A DNA stretch of 48,142 nucleotides from Methanobacteriota archaeon (GCA_029560215.1 JAKPZB010000078.1:1-48142), one strand, 5' to 3'; positions 38,076-47,204 are shown, numbered from the stretch's first letter. Numbers and translations: made by a program. The notes: generated by a model from the letters alone, not told the origin.

Positions 38076-38900
38076 TCAATCTGAACCGGCGGAACCATGG
38101 ACGCGTTCCCCGGCGGTGCTCGTGATGGTTCCTTCTCCGCCAGCGGCGGATGTCCTCATGTAAAGGTCGTTGATGGTCTCGAGCGACCTCTGGCCTTTCG
38201 GGGTGAGCGCGTAATCGCCGCGGCCGCCTCTCTGGAACACCATGCCGGTGCCGGTGAGCCTCTGCAGATGGAAGAGCAGGTTCCCTCCTCGCAGATTGGT
38301 CAGGGAGGAGAGCTCGGTGAACGAGCGCTGCGATCGGCTCAGCGCTTTCATGATCAGCATGCGCTGGGGGTTGGACAGCGGTTCGAGGATGTCCCGAACG
38401 ATGATCTCCTCGGGCATCAGGTCGATGCTGTCTCTGATCTCTTCCTTGCTGCGGTAGAGCCCAAGCTGCCGCATCAGTTCGGTCTGGTCCTGGAATAGGG
38501 AACCGACCTCCCGGAAGCATCCATCGCACCTTCCCGCCACGGCTTGGGACCTCAGGGATTCCAACTTTTCTGATTGCCGGTCGAGGTCCTCCTCGGTCAC
38601 CCTCGGCCGGTCGAGCAGGCTGAGGTTCTCGTCAAGGAGCTCCATGAACCTCTGACGACACTCCGGCCGCATCTCGCATCTCTTGGCCATACCCGCGTCC
38701 AGCCGGCTCGCCGCCTTCTGCCGCGCCTCGTCTCTTAGCAGATCGAAGACCTCCGGCCGTCGGAGCTCGGAGCCCTGAGAGCTCCTCAGCAGGGCGGTTA
38801 TGTAACGAAGCTCCAGCCCCATCTCCTCCACCTTCTGTTTGAGCTGAACTATCTCCTTACCAACGGCATCCTCGTGGACGGTCATTTCGCACCGATACAT
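38076..38900 (-). CDS. ArsR-family HTH regulator with an N-terminal Cys-containing domain
   Basis: C-terminal LEPLSNPQRMLIMKAL..SFTELSSLTNLRGGNLLFHLQRL..Y.LT.KG; N-terminal CEMRPEC and CDGC. Confidence 0.85.
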   Translation of the reverse strand: MYRCEMTVHEDAVGKEIVQLKQKVEEMGLELRYITALLRSSQGSELRRPEVFDLLRDEARQKAASRLDAGMAKRCEMRPECRQRFMELLDENLSLLDRPRVTEEDLDRQSEKLESLRSQAVAGRCDGCFREVGSLFQDQTELMRQLGLYRSKEEIRDSIDLMPEEIIVRDILEPLSNPQRMLIMKALSRSQRSFTELSSLTNLRGGNLLFHLQRLTGTGMVFQRGGRGDYALTPKGQRSLETINDLYMRTSAAGGEGTITSTAGERVHGSAGSD

Positions 38901-39002
38901 GATAATGACCAAACGGTATAAGATTATGCACCGATATTTTTATTGATTAAATATTATTTTTATAAAAGGTCATAAAAAAAAGGAATTGGGGGCAGTGCCC
39001 CT

Positions 39003-39638
39003 TTAGTGCTTCAGGAGCCTGATCGCTTCGCGAACGGCTTCGTTGGCGTCGTAGCCCCAGCCGTCTGCGCCGATGCTCTTGGCAAAGTCCGCAGAGGTGG
39101 CGCCGCCACCGATCATGGTCTTTACCTTTCCCTTCATGCCGCCCTCGGCCAGCATCTTCTCGATCTCCTTCATGCCCGCCAGGGTGGGGGTCATCAGGGT
39201 GGAGGTCGCGACGATCTGAGCGCTCTCGTCCTTGGCCTTCTGCACGATGTCCTTCAGGGGCACGTCGCGGCCGAGGTCGAAGATGGTGTTGCCAGCGCCG
39301 GTCAGCAGGGCCTTGACGATGTTCTTGCCGATGTCGTGAACATCTCCCTCGACCACGCAGAGGACGATCTTTCCGGCAGCCTCAGCGGAGGCGGTGTCCA
39401 GCTTCGGCAGGGCCAGGTTCAATCCCTGGTACAGGGTCTGGGCGGACAGCAAGACCTGGGGCAGGAAGTACTCCTTCTTCTCATACTTCTCGCCGACGAT
39501 CTCCATCGCCTTGCTCAAGCCGTTGAAGATGATCTCCTTGGCGGAGACTCCAGAGTCAAGGAGCTTCTGGGTCTCTCCCTTGGCTTCCTTGATCCTCCCC
39601 TTAACCACTATGTCAATCAATGCGTCCATGTTTGCCAT
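39003..39638 (-). CDS. Methyltransferase cognate corrinoid protein (MtaC/MtbC/MtmC family)
   Basis: YFLPQVL, VEGDVHDIGKNIV, DLGRDVP, STLMTPT, MIGGG, IGADG; GGAGG SD. Confidence 0.93.
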   Translation of the reverse strand: MANMDALIDIVVKGRIKEAKGETQKLLDSGVSAKEIIFNGLSKAMEIVGEKYEKKEYFLPQVLLSAQTLYQGLNLALPKLDTASAEAAGKIVLCVVEGDVHDIGKNIVKALLTGAGNTIFDLGRDVPLKDIVQKAKDESAQIVATSTLMTPTLAGMKEIEKMLAEGGMKGKVKTMIGGGATSADFAKSIGADGWGYDANEAVREAIRLLKH

Positions 39639-39701
39639 TTTATTTTCCTCCAAAGAAGTTTTCTGCGTCCAAATTTCAATCGAGACTAATAAACCCTTGG
39701 A

Positions 39702-39720
39702 TGGATGGATGAGACATCCA
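39702..39720. promoter_or_regulatory. TGGATG-N7-CATCCA operator, proximal site of the corrinoid gene promoter
   Basis: TGGATG GATGAGA CATCCA; TATA (TTTATTAG, minus strand, from 39693) just downstream. Confidence 0.8.
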
Positions 39721-39732
39721 TACTATCCTTAG

Positions 39733-39751
39733 TGGATGGATTATTCATCCA
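39733..39751. promoter_or_regulatory. TGGATG-N7-CATCCA operator, distal site of the corrinoid gene promoter
   Basis: TGGATG GATTATT CATCCA; 31 bp from the proximal site. Confidence 0.8.
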
Positions 39752-39799
39752 TGAATTCGTGCCATGCACTATTGTTAAGGCCGTTTAATTACATTATAT

Positions 39800-40891
39800 T
39801 CATGCGTTTTTGTAAATAATTTCGCCGCATGACGCGCACCGGCCTTCGATCGTCCGGTCGTCGATCTCGGAATATGATGGGCAGAACTTGCTGAGGCGGT
39901 TGCCTTCATAGACCACCTTCTCCGAGACCTCCGTGGCCGCCCTGCCGATGACCAGAGAACTGCATCCTGGGCAATATGTCTGATGCTCGTCGCCCTCCAC
40001 CATTCCGCTCAGGTAAACGAACCTCAACCCCTGCGAGATCGCCCTGGCCTTAGCCTCCCTCATCGGCTGCATTCCGGTCGGCTGAAGATGAGAGAGCCGG
40101 TGGGCGGGCATGAAACGGTATAGGTGAATCGGCACTTCCCTTCCCAAGCCCGCCGCCCAGCCGAAGAAATCGTTCAATTCTTCCTTCCCGTCGTTCAACC
40201 CGGGGATGATCAGATAGGCCAGCTCGAGATGCCTTCCGCCTTCGCGGATCATCTGGCAGGCTCGCAGCACTGGGGATAACGTCCCTCCGCAATTGACCCT
40301 ATAGAATTCATCTCTGAAGCCCTTGACGTCCACCTTGAAAACGTCCACCGATTCCAGGAGATCCTTGAGCGGCCCCGTCTCCACGTAGCCGTTGGTGTTC
40401 ATCATGATGTAGAGATGGCGTTCCTTGGCCAGCCTGCCAGTGTCGATGATGAACTCGCTCCAGACCACCGGCTCGTTGAAGGTGAAGGCGATCCCCTGCA
40501 CCTTTTTATCCAAGGCGAAGGAGACCAGCTCCTCGGGGGACGTCACTGGCTCGCTCCGCCCCTCAGGACCCGACGAGGCCAGGGCGGCGTTCTGGCAACA
40601 GTCGCAGTCCAGATTGCAACCGAAGGTGCCTACGGACAACAACTTGCTGCCCGGGCGGTAATGATAGATTGGTTTCTTCTCGATCTGGTCCACCGCCTGG
40701 GCGCAGACGCGGCCGTAATTGAGGGCGAACAATGCACCACCGATAACCCCGCGGGTCCGGCACTTGCCCAGACCGCCCTCGGGAATGGAACAGCGATGAG
40801 GGCACAGGCCACAGACAAAGCTAATCCCCTCTGGAACGCCCCACCTCGCCGGCCGAACCCCGCCATTAGACCCTGGATCAATAATCGTCAT
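39800..40891 (-). CDS. AmmeMemoRadiSam-type radical SAM enzyme
   Basis: CGLCPHRC..GKCRTR, DQIEKKPIYHYRPG, GCNLDCDCCQN, AFTFNEP, TYCPGC. Confidence 0.88.
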   Translation of the reverse strand: MTIIDPGSNGGVRPARWGVPEGISFVCGLCPHRCSIPEGGLGKCRTRGVIGGALFALNYGRVCAQAVDQIEKKPIYHYRPGSKLLSVGTFGCNLDCDCCQNAALASSGPEGRSEPVTSPEELVSFALDKKVQGIAFTFNEPVVWSEFIIDTGRLAKERHLYIMMNTNGYVETGPLKDLLESVDVFKVDVKGFRDEFYRVNCGGTLSPVLRACQMIREGGRHLELAYLIIPGLNDGKEELNDFFGWAAGLGREVPIHLYRFMPAHRLSHLQPTGMQPMREAKARAISQGLRFVYLSGMVEGDEHQTYCPGCSSLVIGRAATEVSEKVVYEGNRLSKFCPSYSEIDDRTIEGRCASCGEIIYKNA

Positions 40892-41069
40892 CCTCGCTTT
40901 GGGATGCACCACAAACAGGGCATTTGTCTTGGTTCTTCTTCAAGATACATCCACAGACGATGCACTCCACCAAACTAACCCTCTGAAAAATATAGTGGTT
41001 ATGACGGTAATTAATTTTCGGTCCGAATCATAAAATGGGGAAGGACCGGAACCGTTCGTCGGCGGGACG

Positions 41070-42008
41070 CTAATCCATGCCGGCTACGGTGAGGGATAGG
41101 CCTTTCTTCAGATCGTAGGCGGGGGCGTATCCCAGCATCCGGCGGGCCTTGGAGATGTCGGCGAGGGAATGCTTTACGTCGCCCTTTCTCTCTTCCTGGT
41201 GGACGATGTTCCCCTCTTCCTTCCGGTCCAAAGATCTCAGGACCAATGAGGCCAGCTGGTTGACCGTGACCTTCTCCTGATTGGCCACGTTGAACACCTC
41301 GCCGTGATGCCTCTCGTCCATCGCCGCCAGTATGTTCGCCTGCACTACGTCCTTGACGAACACGAAGTCCCTGGTCTGCTCCCCGTCCCCGTAGATGGTG
41401 AGCGGCCTTCCGGCCTTGGCCGCGGATATGAAGCGCGGGATGACCGCGGCGTAATCCGAGCCGGGGTCCTGCCGAGGTCCATAAACGTTGAAGTAGCGCA
41501 GGCTGCAGGTGGGCAGTCGATAGTTGAGCCAGAAGTTGCGGCAGTACATCTCCCCGGTCATCTTGGTCACCGCGTACGGGGATATCGGGGCGGGCAGATC
41601 GTCCTCCCGCTTGATCTCCGAGGGCGCGTCGCCATAGACGGCGGAGGAGGAGGCAAAGACCAACTTGCGCACCTTGGCGTCCCGCGCCTCCATCAGCACC
41701 CGGAGCGTACCGCACACGTTCACCTGGTTACTGGAGATGGGATCGTCCACGCTCCGCGGAACGGAAGCGATGGCCGCGTGATGGAAGACGTAATCCACCC
41801 CTTCCATGGCCCCGCGGACCGTGTCGATGTCCCTGATGCTCCCGTTGATGAGCTCGACGTCCATCCCGTCCAGGTTGTTCCGCTTCCCGGTGGTCAGGTC
41901 GTCCAGGACCAGCACTTCGTTCTCCTCGTGGAGCGCCTGGGCGATGTTGGAACCTATGAAACCGGCTCCGCCGGTTATGAGCACCCTCTTCCGCTTGATG
42001 GTTGGCAT
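41070..42008 (-). CDS. NAD-dependent epimerase/dehydratase (UDP-glucose 4-epimerase-like)
   Basis: LITGGAGFIGS, ASSSAVYG, SPYAVTK, LRYFNVYGPRQ, GDGEQTRDFVFVKD. Confidence 0.92.
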   Translation of the reverse strand: MPTIKRKRVLITGGAGFIGSNIAQALHEENEVLVLDDLTTGKRNNLDGMDVELINGSIRDIDTVRGAMEGVDYVFHHAAIASVPRSVDDPISSNQVNVCGTLRVLMEARDAKVRKLVFASSSAVYGDAPSEIKREDDLPAPISPYAVTKMTGEMYCRNFWLNYRLPTCSLRYFNVYGPRQDPGSDYAAVIPRFISAAKAGRPLTIYGDGEQTRDFVFVKDVVQANILAAMDERHHGEVFNVANQEKVTVNQLASLVLRSLDRKEEGNIVHQEERKGDVKHSLADISKARRMLGYAPAYDLKKGLSLTVAGMD

Positions 42009-42042
42009 GGACGTAAAGGGAAAACCATGGACGCTCTTGAAC

Positions 42043-42774
42043 CTATGCCCTCCGACGACCCTTCGACTGGTCCCGGACCTTGCCCAGCCGGATGAGCCCG
42101 ATGTCGCTGCAACCGAACACCAGAGCCTCGCCCATGTCCACCTCTCGGAGCCCCGGGGATAGGACATCTCCGGCCAGGAGGGTGCTGACGTCGTTCCCGG
42201 CGGCCAGGGGACTGAAGGCCGGCAGCACCAGCACCTCCGCCTGCGGATGATAGAGGAAGGCTGGAAGTTTAACGTATCCTCCTACGCCGTCGAACAGCCG
42301 GGCCGAGGGATGTTCGTGCCCCTGCACCAGCGGTCGCCCGGGTTCGGTGAGGTGACCGTGCGAAAGGTGCACGCCGTCGATCACCGCTTGGTCAACCAGC
42401 TCCAGGCCCAGGCGGGAGGTGATGGTGGCCAGGTAGTTGTCGTGATTGCCGCGGACCACGGTCAGCTCGGCCAGCGAACCGAGATGCTCCAGCATTTCCC
42501 GCACCTGCGACCACTCCTGGTCCAGGTTGCGGGAGAACTCGTGCTTGAGGTCCCCCAGCACCACGATGCGCTTGGGATGATGTGCGCTCACCACCTCGTC
42601 GATCCGCCGCCTCATCTCCCTGGCCTGGGCGCGGGGGAGCTGCATGCCCTCCAGCTCCAGGCTGGCCTCTATGCCCAGATGAAGGTCCCCCAGCAACAAT
42701 GTCCGGGAGCGCATCAGCATCGCGCAACGTCCGTTGATCAGACGGAGGTCGGGCGCGACATCGAGGTGCTGCAT
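42043..42774 (-). CDS. Calcineurin-like metallophosphoesterase
   Basis: GDLHLG, LGDLKH, RGNHD, HGH, GHEHP, LPAFSPL. Confidence 0.9.
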   Translation of the reverse strand: MQHLDVAPDLRLINGRCAMLMRSRTLLLGDLHLGIEASLELEGMQLPRAQAREMRRRIDEVVSAHHPKRIVVLGDLKHEFSRNLDQEWSQVREMLEHLGSLAELTVVRGNHDNYLATITSRLGLELVDQAVIDGVHLSHGHLTEPGRPLVQGHEHPSARLFDGVGGYVKLPAFLYHPQAEVLVLPAFSPLAAGNDVSTLLAGDVLSPGLREVDMGEALVFGCSDIGLIRLGKVRDQSKGRRRA

Positions 42775-42865
42775 GCCTTCCCGAAGGTCGCGGGAGGATA
42801 TCAATCCCTTGCCCATTTTCGAAGCTGGGGGCGATAGGATATTATACGGACGCTCCGCTGAAAGG

Positions 42866-43633
42866 ATGATGATCAGGCGCACCTTCCTTCTACTTCCGGG
42901 CATCGGACAGCTGAAGGAGCGCAGGCTCTGGGAGACCGGCGTGCTCTCCTGGGAGGATTTCTTCGACCGAAGGCATCTGGCCGGCATATCGGACCGCCGG
43001 AAGGGGGACCTGGACCAGGAGCTGGGGACGGCCAAGGAGCTTTGGGACCGGGGACGGACCGAATACTTTACCAGACTCCTTCCATCAGGACAGCATTGGC
43101 GCATGTACCGCCGCCTGAAGGAAGATACCGCCTACCTGGACATAGAGACGAACGGACTGGGACCTGGCGCCATCATAACCATGATCTCCGTGCATCGTAA
43201 CGGTGATACCACCACTCTGACCAGGGGCATGGACCTCAACGCGGAGAATTTGACCAGAACGCTGGACGGGACCAAGATGCTGGTCACCTTCAACGGCAGC
43301 ACCTTCGATCTGCCGATGATCGAAAGGGAGTTCCCCTTCTCCGTTCCCAAGGTCCCTCATTACGACCTCAGGCACGCCTGCCCCAAGGTGGGATTGTCCG
43401 GAGGGCTGAAACAGGTGGAGATACTTCTCGGCTACCGCCGCCCGCAGGAGGTGGCCTACGTCACCGGAGAGGAGGCGGTCTATCTCTGGCACCTCTGGGA
43501 GCGGAAGGGGAACGAGAACGCCCTCAAGCTTCTGCGCCGTTACAACCAGGAGGACACCAGGAACCTGGAGCAGCTGGCCGAGGTGGTTTACGGTAGGCTG
43601 GAGGAGAGATCGCTCGCGGGGTGCGGCAGATGA
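42866..43633 (+). CDS. RNase H-like (YprB-type) exonuclease
   Basis: LPGIG, YLDIETNGL, LVTFNGSTFDLP, GGLKQVE, YNQED. Confidence 0.88.
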   Translation: MMIRRTFLLLPGIGQLKERRLWETGVLSWEDFFDRRHLAGISDRRKGDLDQELGTAKELWDRGRTEYFTRLLPSGQHWRMYRRLKEDTAYLDIETNGLGPGAIITMISVHRNGDTTTLTRGMDLNAENLTRTLDGTKMLVTFNGSTFDLPMIEREFPFSVPKVPHYDLRHACPKVGLSGGLKQVEILLGYRRPQEVAYVTGEEAVYLWHLWERKGNENALKLLRRYNQEDTRNLEQLAEVVYGRLEERSLAGCGR

Positions 43634-45303
43634 CCGGCGACGCCCAGGCGTTCCGGGAGAGGGCGAGAAGCCTGGCCGACCGGGTAAGGAACGCCGGTTC
43701 CGTGGCCATATTCTCGCACATCGACGCGGACGGCGTCTCCTCGGCGGCCATCGCCTATCGCGCCGTGGAAAGATTGGGATTTACCCCCAAGGTTCATTTC
43801 CTGAAATCCATGAGCGAGAAGGACATCAAGCTCATCAACTCCTGCCCCGAGGAACTGGTTTGGATATGCGATCTGGGCGCTGGGTCCTACAAGCAGCTGG
43901 ATGGCTCCCGGTGCATCATCACCGACCATCACCACATCTTCGGCAGCGGACAATCGTTCCTGGAGTTCTTCGGGGGGATGGAGAACATGCTCAATCCCCT
44001 GGAGTTCGGGTTCGAAGGCTCCACCCACCTGAGCGGGGCGGGCTGCACATACTTCGTGGCCAGGGAGCTCGATCCGGCCAACGCGGACCTGGCCTATCTG
44101 GCCATCGTGGGCGCGGTGGGCGACCTGCAGGACAAGAAGGCCCGAAGACTGGATGGTCCTTTGCACGCCTCGATCATCGAGGACGCCCGTAGCGCCGGGA
44201 CCCTCAAGGTGGCGGAGAACGACCTGCCATTCTTCGGCTGGGTAACCCGGACCGCGGTGGCCATGATCGCCTTCTCCAACGACCTCAAGGCCATCGGATA
44301 CGAGTGCACGTTCAACGATGTGAACCAGCTTTTCAAGGAACAGAAGGTGAGCACCTACCGCGGCCGGCGCGAACCGTCCATCAAGGACGAGAACTTGAGC
44401 AAGTTCTACAGCTGGTCGGAGCTCAGGAAGGACGATCGGAACAACATCATCGACGCCCTCAAGATATCCCTTCTCAAAAAAGGCAAGGACCCGGTCCAAC
44501 TTGTGAACATGATGGGTGACGTCTACCTCTTCCCCAGGTTTCCCTTGGGCTCGGCCAGCCGGGAGGCCAAGGAGTTCGCCACCATGCTGAACGCCTCCGG
44601 CCGATACCTTCATTCCAAGAGCGACGCGGCTCCGCTGGAAGGGCTGACCGAACCGCAGATCGCGGTGGAAGGGGAGGAAGCGAGCGGGGGGTTCCAAGGA
44701 GAGCTGATAATCAAGGCCTGTCTGGACCCGGTGACCTTCTCCTCCGACGCCATGGCCAAGCTGGGGAATCACCGCGATAATCTGAAAAAGGGGATGGAGG
44801 AGATCCATTCCATAGTCGCCCTGGACCACATCCAGTACATCAAAGGCCGGATGGACAGCCTGGAGAACAAGAACAGGGCCAAGTACACCCTGAACGCCGA
44901 GGATACCATACTGGGGATCATCGTGGGCATGGTCCTGGACCAGAAGCCCCGCGCCGACGAGTCCCGCTTCTCCGTACGCGAGGATATGCCCCTCATCGCC
45001 ATGGCCGAGGTCTCGGACGATGGCGACGACCTCGCCGGGGACGGAGCTGTCCAGGGCAAGCGGGGTAGCCCGGGGGAAAGGATCAAGGTGTCCGGCCGGA
45101 TGAGACGGGAGCTGGCAGAAAAAGGCGTACACCTGGGAGAGGCGATGAAGCAGGCCGCCCTGAAGGTCAAAGGCGTGGGCGGAGGGCACAACGTCGCCGC
45201 AGGCGCCACCGTCCCGAAACGAAAGATAAAGGCCTTCCTGGAGGCCCTGGATAAGGAAATTGGCGAGCAGAAGGCCCGCTTCAGCCCATCAGGGCGACCA
45301 TGA
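43630..45303 (+). CDS. DHH/DHHA1 phosphoesterase (RecJ/GAN-like)
   Basis: SHIDADG, DLG, DHH, SGAG, GAVGDLQD, KVSGR, GGGHNVAAGA. Confidence 0.9.
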   Translation: MTGDAQAFRERARSLADRVRNAGSVAIFSHIDADGVSSAAIAYRAVERLGFTPKVHFLKSMSEKDIKLINSCPEELVWICDLGAGSYKQLDGSRCIITDHHHIFGSGQSFLEFFGGMENMLNPLEFGFEGSTHLSGAGCTYFVARELDPANADLAYLAIVGAVGDLQDKKARRLDGPLHASIIEDARSAGTLKVAENDLPFFGWVTRTAVAMIAFSNDLKAIGYECTFNDVNQLFKEQKVSTYRGRREPSIKDENLSKFYSWSELRKDDRNNIIDALKISLLKKGKDPVQLVNMMGDVYLFPRFPLGSASREAKEFATMLNASGRYLHSKSDAAPLEGLTEPQIAVEGEEASGGFQGELIIKACLDPVTFSSDAMAKLGNHRDNLKKGMEEIHSIVALDHIQYIKGRMDSLENKNRAKYTLNAEDTILGIIVGMVLDQKPRADESRFSVREDMPLIAMAEVSDDGDDLAGDGAVQGKRGSPGERIKVSGRMRRELAEKGVHLGEAMKQAALKVKGVGGGHNVAAGATVPKRKIKAFLEALDKEIGEQKARFSPSGRP

Positions 45304-46192
45304 TGGCCTTCTGGGCGTGCAGGCGGTTCTCGGCCTGGTCCATCACTACGGAGGCCGGGCTGTCGATGACCTCGTCGGTGATCTCCATCCCCCGGTGCGC
45401 TGGCAGGCAGTGCATGACTATGGCCTTCTTATGGGCCACGGACATCAGGTCATCATTGACCTGATAGGGCTTGAAGATCTTCTCCCGCAGCTTCTGCTCC
45501 TCCTCCTGGCCCATGGATACCCATACGTCCGTGTACACCACGTCCGCGTCCTTGACCGCCTCTTTGGGGGATTCCACGACCTTCAGCTTGCACCCGTTCT
45601 TCTTGGCGATGGCCTTGGCCTTCTTCAACACCCCGGGGTCCGGTTCGTACCCCTTGGGGCAGCCGCAGGAGAGGTCCATCCCGACCATGGCGCAGCCGAG
45701 CATCAGGGAGTTGCAGACGTTGTTACCGTCGCCCACGTAGGCCATCTTGATTCCCTTCAGCTTGCCCAGGTGCTCCTTGACCGTCAGCAGGTCGGCCATG
45801 ATCTGGCAGGGATGCTCGAAGTTGTCCAGGCCGTTGATGACCGGGACCGTCGCATGCTTGGCCAGCTCCATGACCATGCTGTGCTCGTACGCCCGGTACA
45901 TGATTCCGTCAACGTAACGGGAAAGAACCCGGGCGGTGTCCGCCACGGTCTCCCCCCGGCCCATCTGCAGGTCCTTGGTGTTGAGCGTGACCGCGAAACC
46001 ACCCAGTTCGATCATCCCCACCTCGAAGGAGACCCTGGTGCGGGTGGAGGACTTCTCGAATATCATGGCCAGGACCTTTCCCTTCAGCGGCTGGTCGTCC
46101 AGGTCCCGCTTCTTCTTCATCTCCTCGGCCGTCCTCAATATGTCCAGGATATCGTCCTGCACGTCCAGCATGGTGGTTAGGTCCCGCTTCAT
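45281..46192 (-). CDS. argF: Ornithine carbamoyltransferase
   Basis: FEKSSTRTRVSFE, HPCQIMAD, DVWVSMG, MHCLP, QAENRLH. Confidence 0.96.
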   Translation of the reverse strand: MKRDLTTMLDVQDDILDILRTAEEMKKKRDLDDQPLKGKVLAMIFEKSSTRTRVSFEVGMIELGGFAVTLNTKDLQMGRGETVADTARVLSRYVDGIMYRAYEHSMVMELAKHATVPVINGLDNFEHPCQIMADLLTVKEHLGKLKGIKMAYVGDGNNVCNSLMLGCAMVGMDLSCGCPKGYEPDPGVLKKAKAIAKKNGCKLKVVESPKEAVKDADVVYTDVWVSMGQEEEQKLREKIFKPYQVNDDLMSVAHKKAIVMHCLPAHRGMEITDEVIDSPASVVMDQAENRLHAQKAIMVALMG

Positions 46193-46357
46193 CTCTCGCA
46201 CCGTCTTTAACATTCATCACGGCGATGATATTGCTATCGCCGGGGTGCTGTAGGATTCCGCCCTCCATAATAAAGGGGATGATTCGAAATCAACAAAGCC
46301 GCAGTTTTATGTCCCTTGACGGTCGGCATCCCTCGTGCTTCAGCTGATGGACGGGGT

Positions 46358-47158
46358 TCAGGGAAGCAGTCCGTAGCCGAAGGGCAGGAAGGAGAAAAGG
46401 AAGAAGTTCAATATGCCGTGCATCAGGGCCACCAGACCGAGACTGCCGGTCCGCTGGTAGGCGTAGGCGAGGACCAGTCCCACGCCCAGTACGAAGATCA
46501 GGTAGGGAACGCTGTGGTAGCCCGAGTGCATGATGGAGAACATCAGGGCGGAGACGGCGATACTCACATGTTTTCCATATTGCTTATCCACCGAGCTTTG
46601 CAGCAGTCCGCGGAAGATGAGCTCCTCCCCGAAACCGACGAACACCACCATGACCAGGAAAAGCTTGCCGAGGTCCAGGGGGCCCAGGTCGTGGACCAGC
46701 GCCGAGTTGCCCAGAACGAAATGTTCCAGGTTGGCCACCAGGTAGCCGAAGATGATGGCTATCAGCAGGTATTCCCACTTCCATTTGACCTCCGGCCGCA
46801 GCCCGTGGCCGTTGAGGAATCGCACCAGGTTGCGCCAGTGGAGCTTGTCGGCGTCCACCACCGTCTGCCTCCAGACGATGTAGCCGGCCAAGATGATCGG
46901 GGCGTACACGAAGGGCATCCAGAGCAGCGTTTCGGTGAAGAACACCGGCATCCCTATGTTCAGCACCCGCAGCAGGGAGACCAAGGCGAAGGACTGGTAG
47001 AGGAGCATGCGCTTCTCCACCCAGATCGGGAGTAGTATGCATGCGAAGATGTTCAGGGCGTGCAGACCTAGGCAGGATTCGACCGAACCGTCGAAGTAGA
47101 AGGCCTCGGCTACCGCGATGATGATCATTGGAAGCAGCAGCCCGACCTTGTCCCGCAT
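46358..47158 (-). CDS. CPBP (CAAX/Abi) family intramembrane metalloprotease
   Basis: EELIFRGLLQ, FSIMH and HGILN motifs; multiple TM segments. Confidence 0.9.
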   Translation of the reverse strand: MRDKVGLLLPMIIIAVAEAFYFDGSVESCLGLHALNIFACILLPIWVEKRMLLYQSFALVSLLRVLNIGMPVFFTETLLWMPFVYAPIILAGYIVWRQTVVDADKLHWRNLVRFLNGHGLRPEVKWKWEYLLIAIIFGYLVANLEHFVLGNSALVHDLGPLDLGKLFLVMVVFVGFGEELIFRGLLQSSVDKQYGKHVSIAVSALMFSIMHSGYHSVPYLIFVLGVGLVLAYAYQRTGSLGLVALMHGILNFFLFSFLPFGYGLLP

Positions 47159-47204
47159 CCGCCCTTCATCGAGGGCGAATGATTAATTACTATCGTCTGG
47201 TGAT

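Noticed and set aside
39698..39711. (TGGA)n run as a microsatellite or CRISPR-like repeat
   Set aside because: Better explained as part of the palindromic operator; no repeat-spacer array or cas genes were seen in the window.
42008..42045. Amber read-through fusing the phosphoesterase to the epimerase
   Set aside because: The epimerase ATG (42008) is not in frame with the TAG at 42045-42043.
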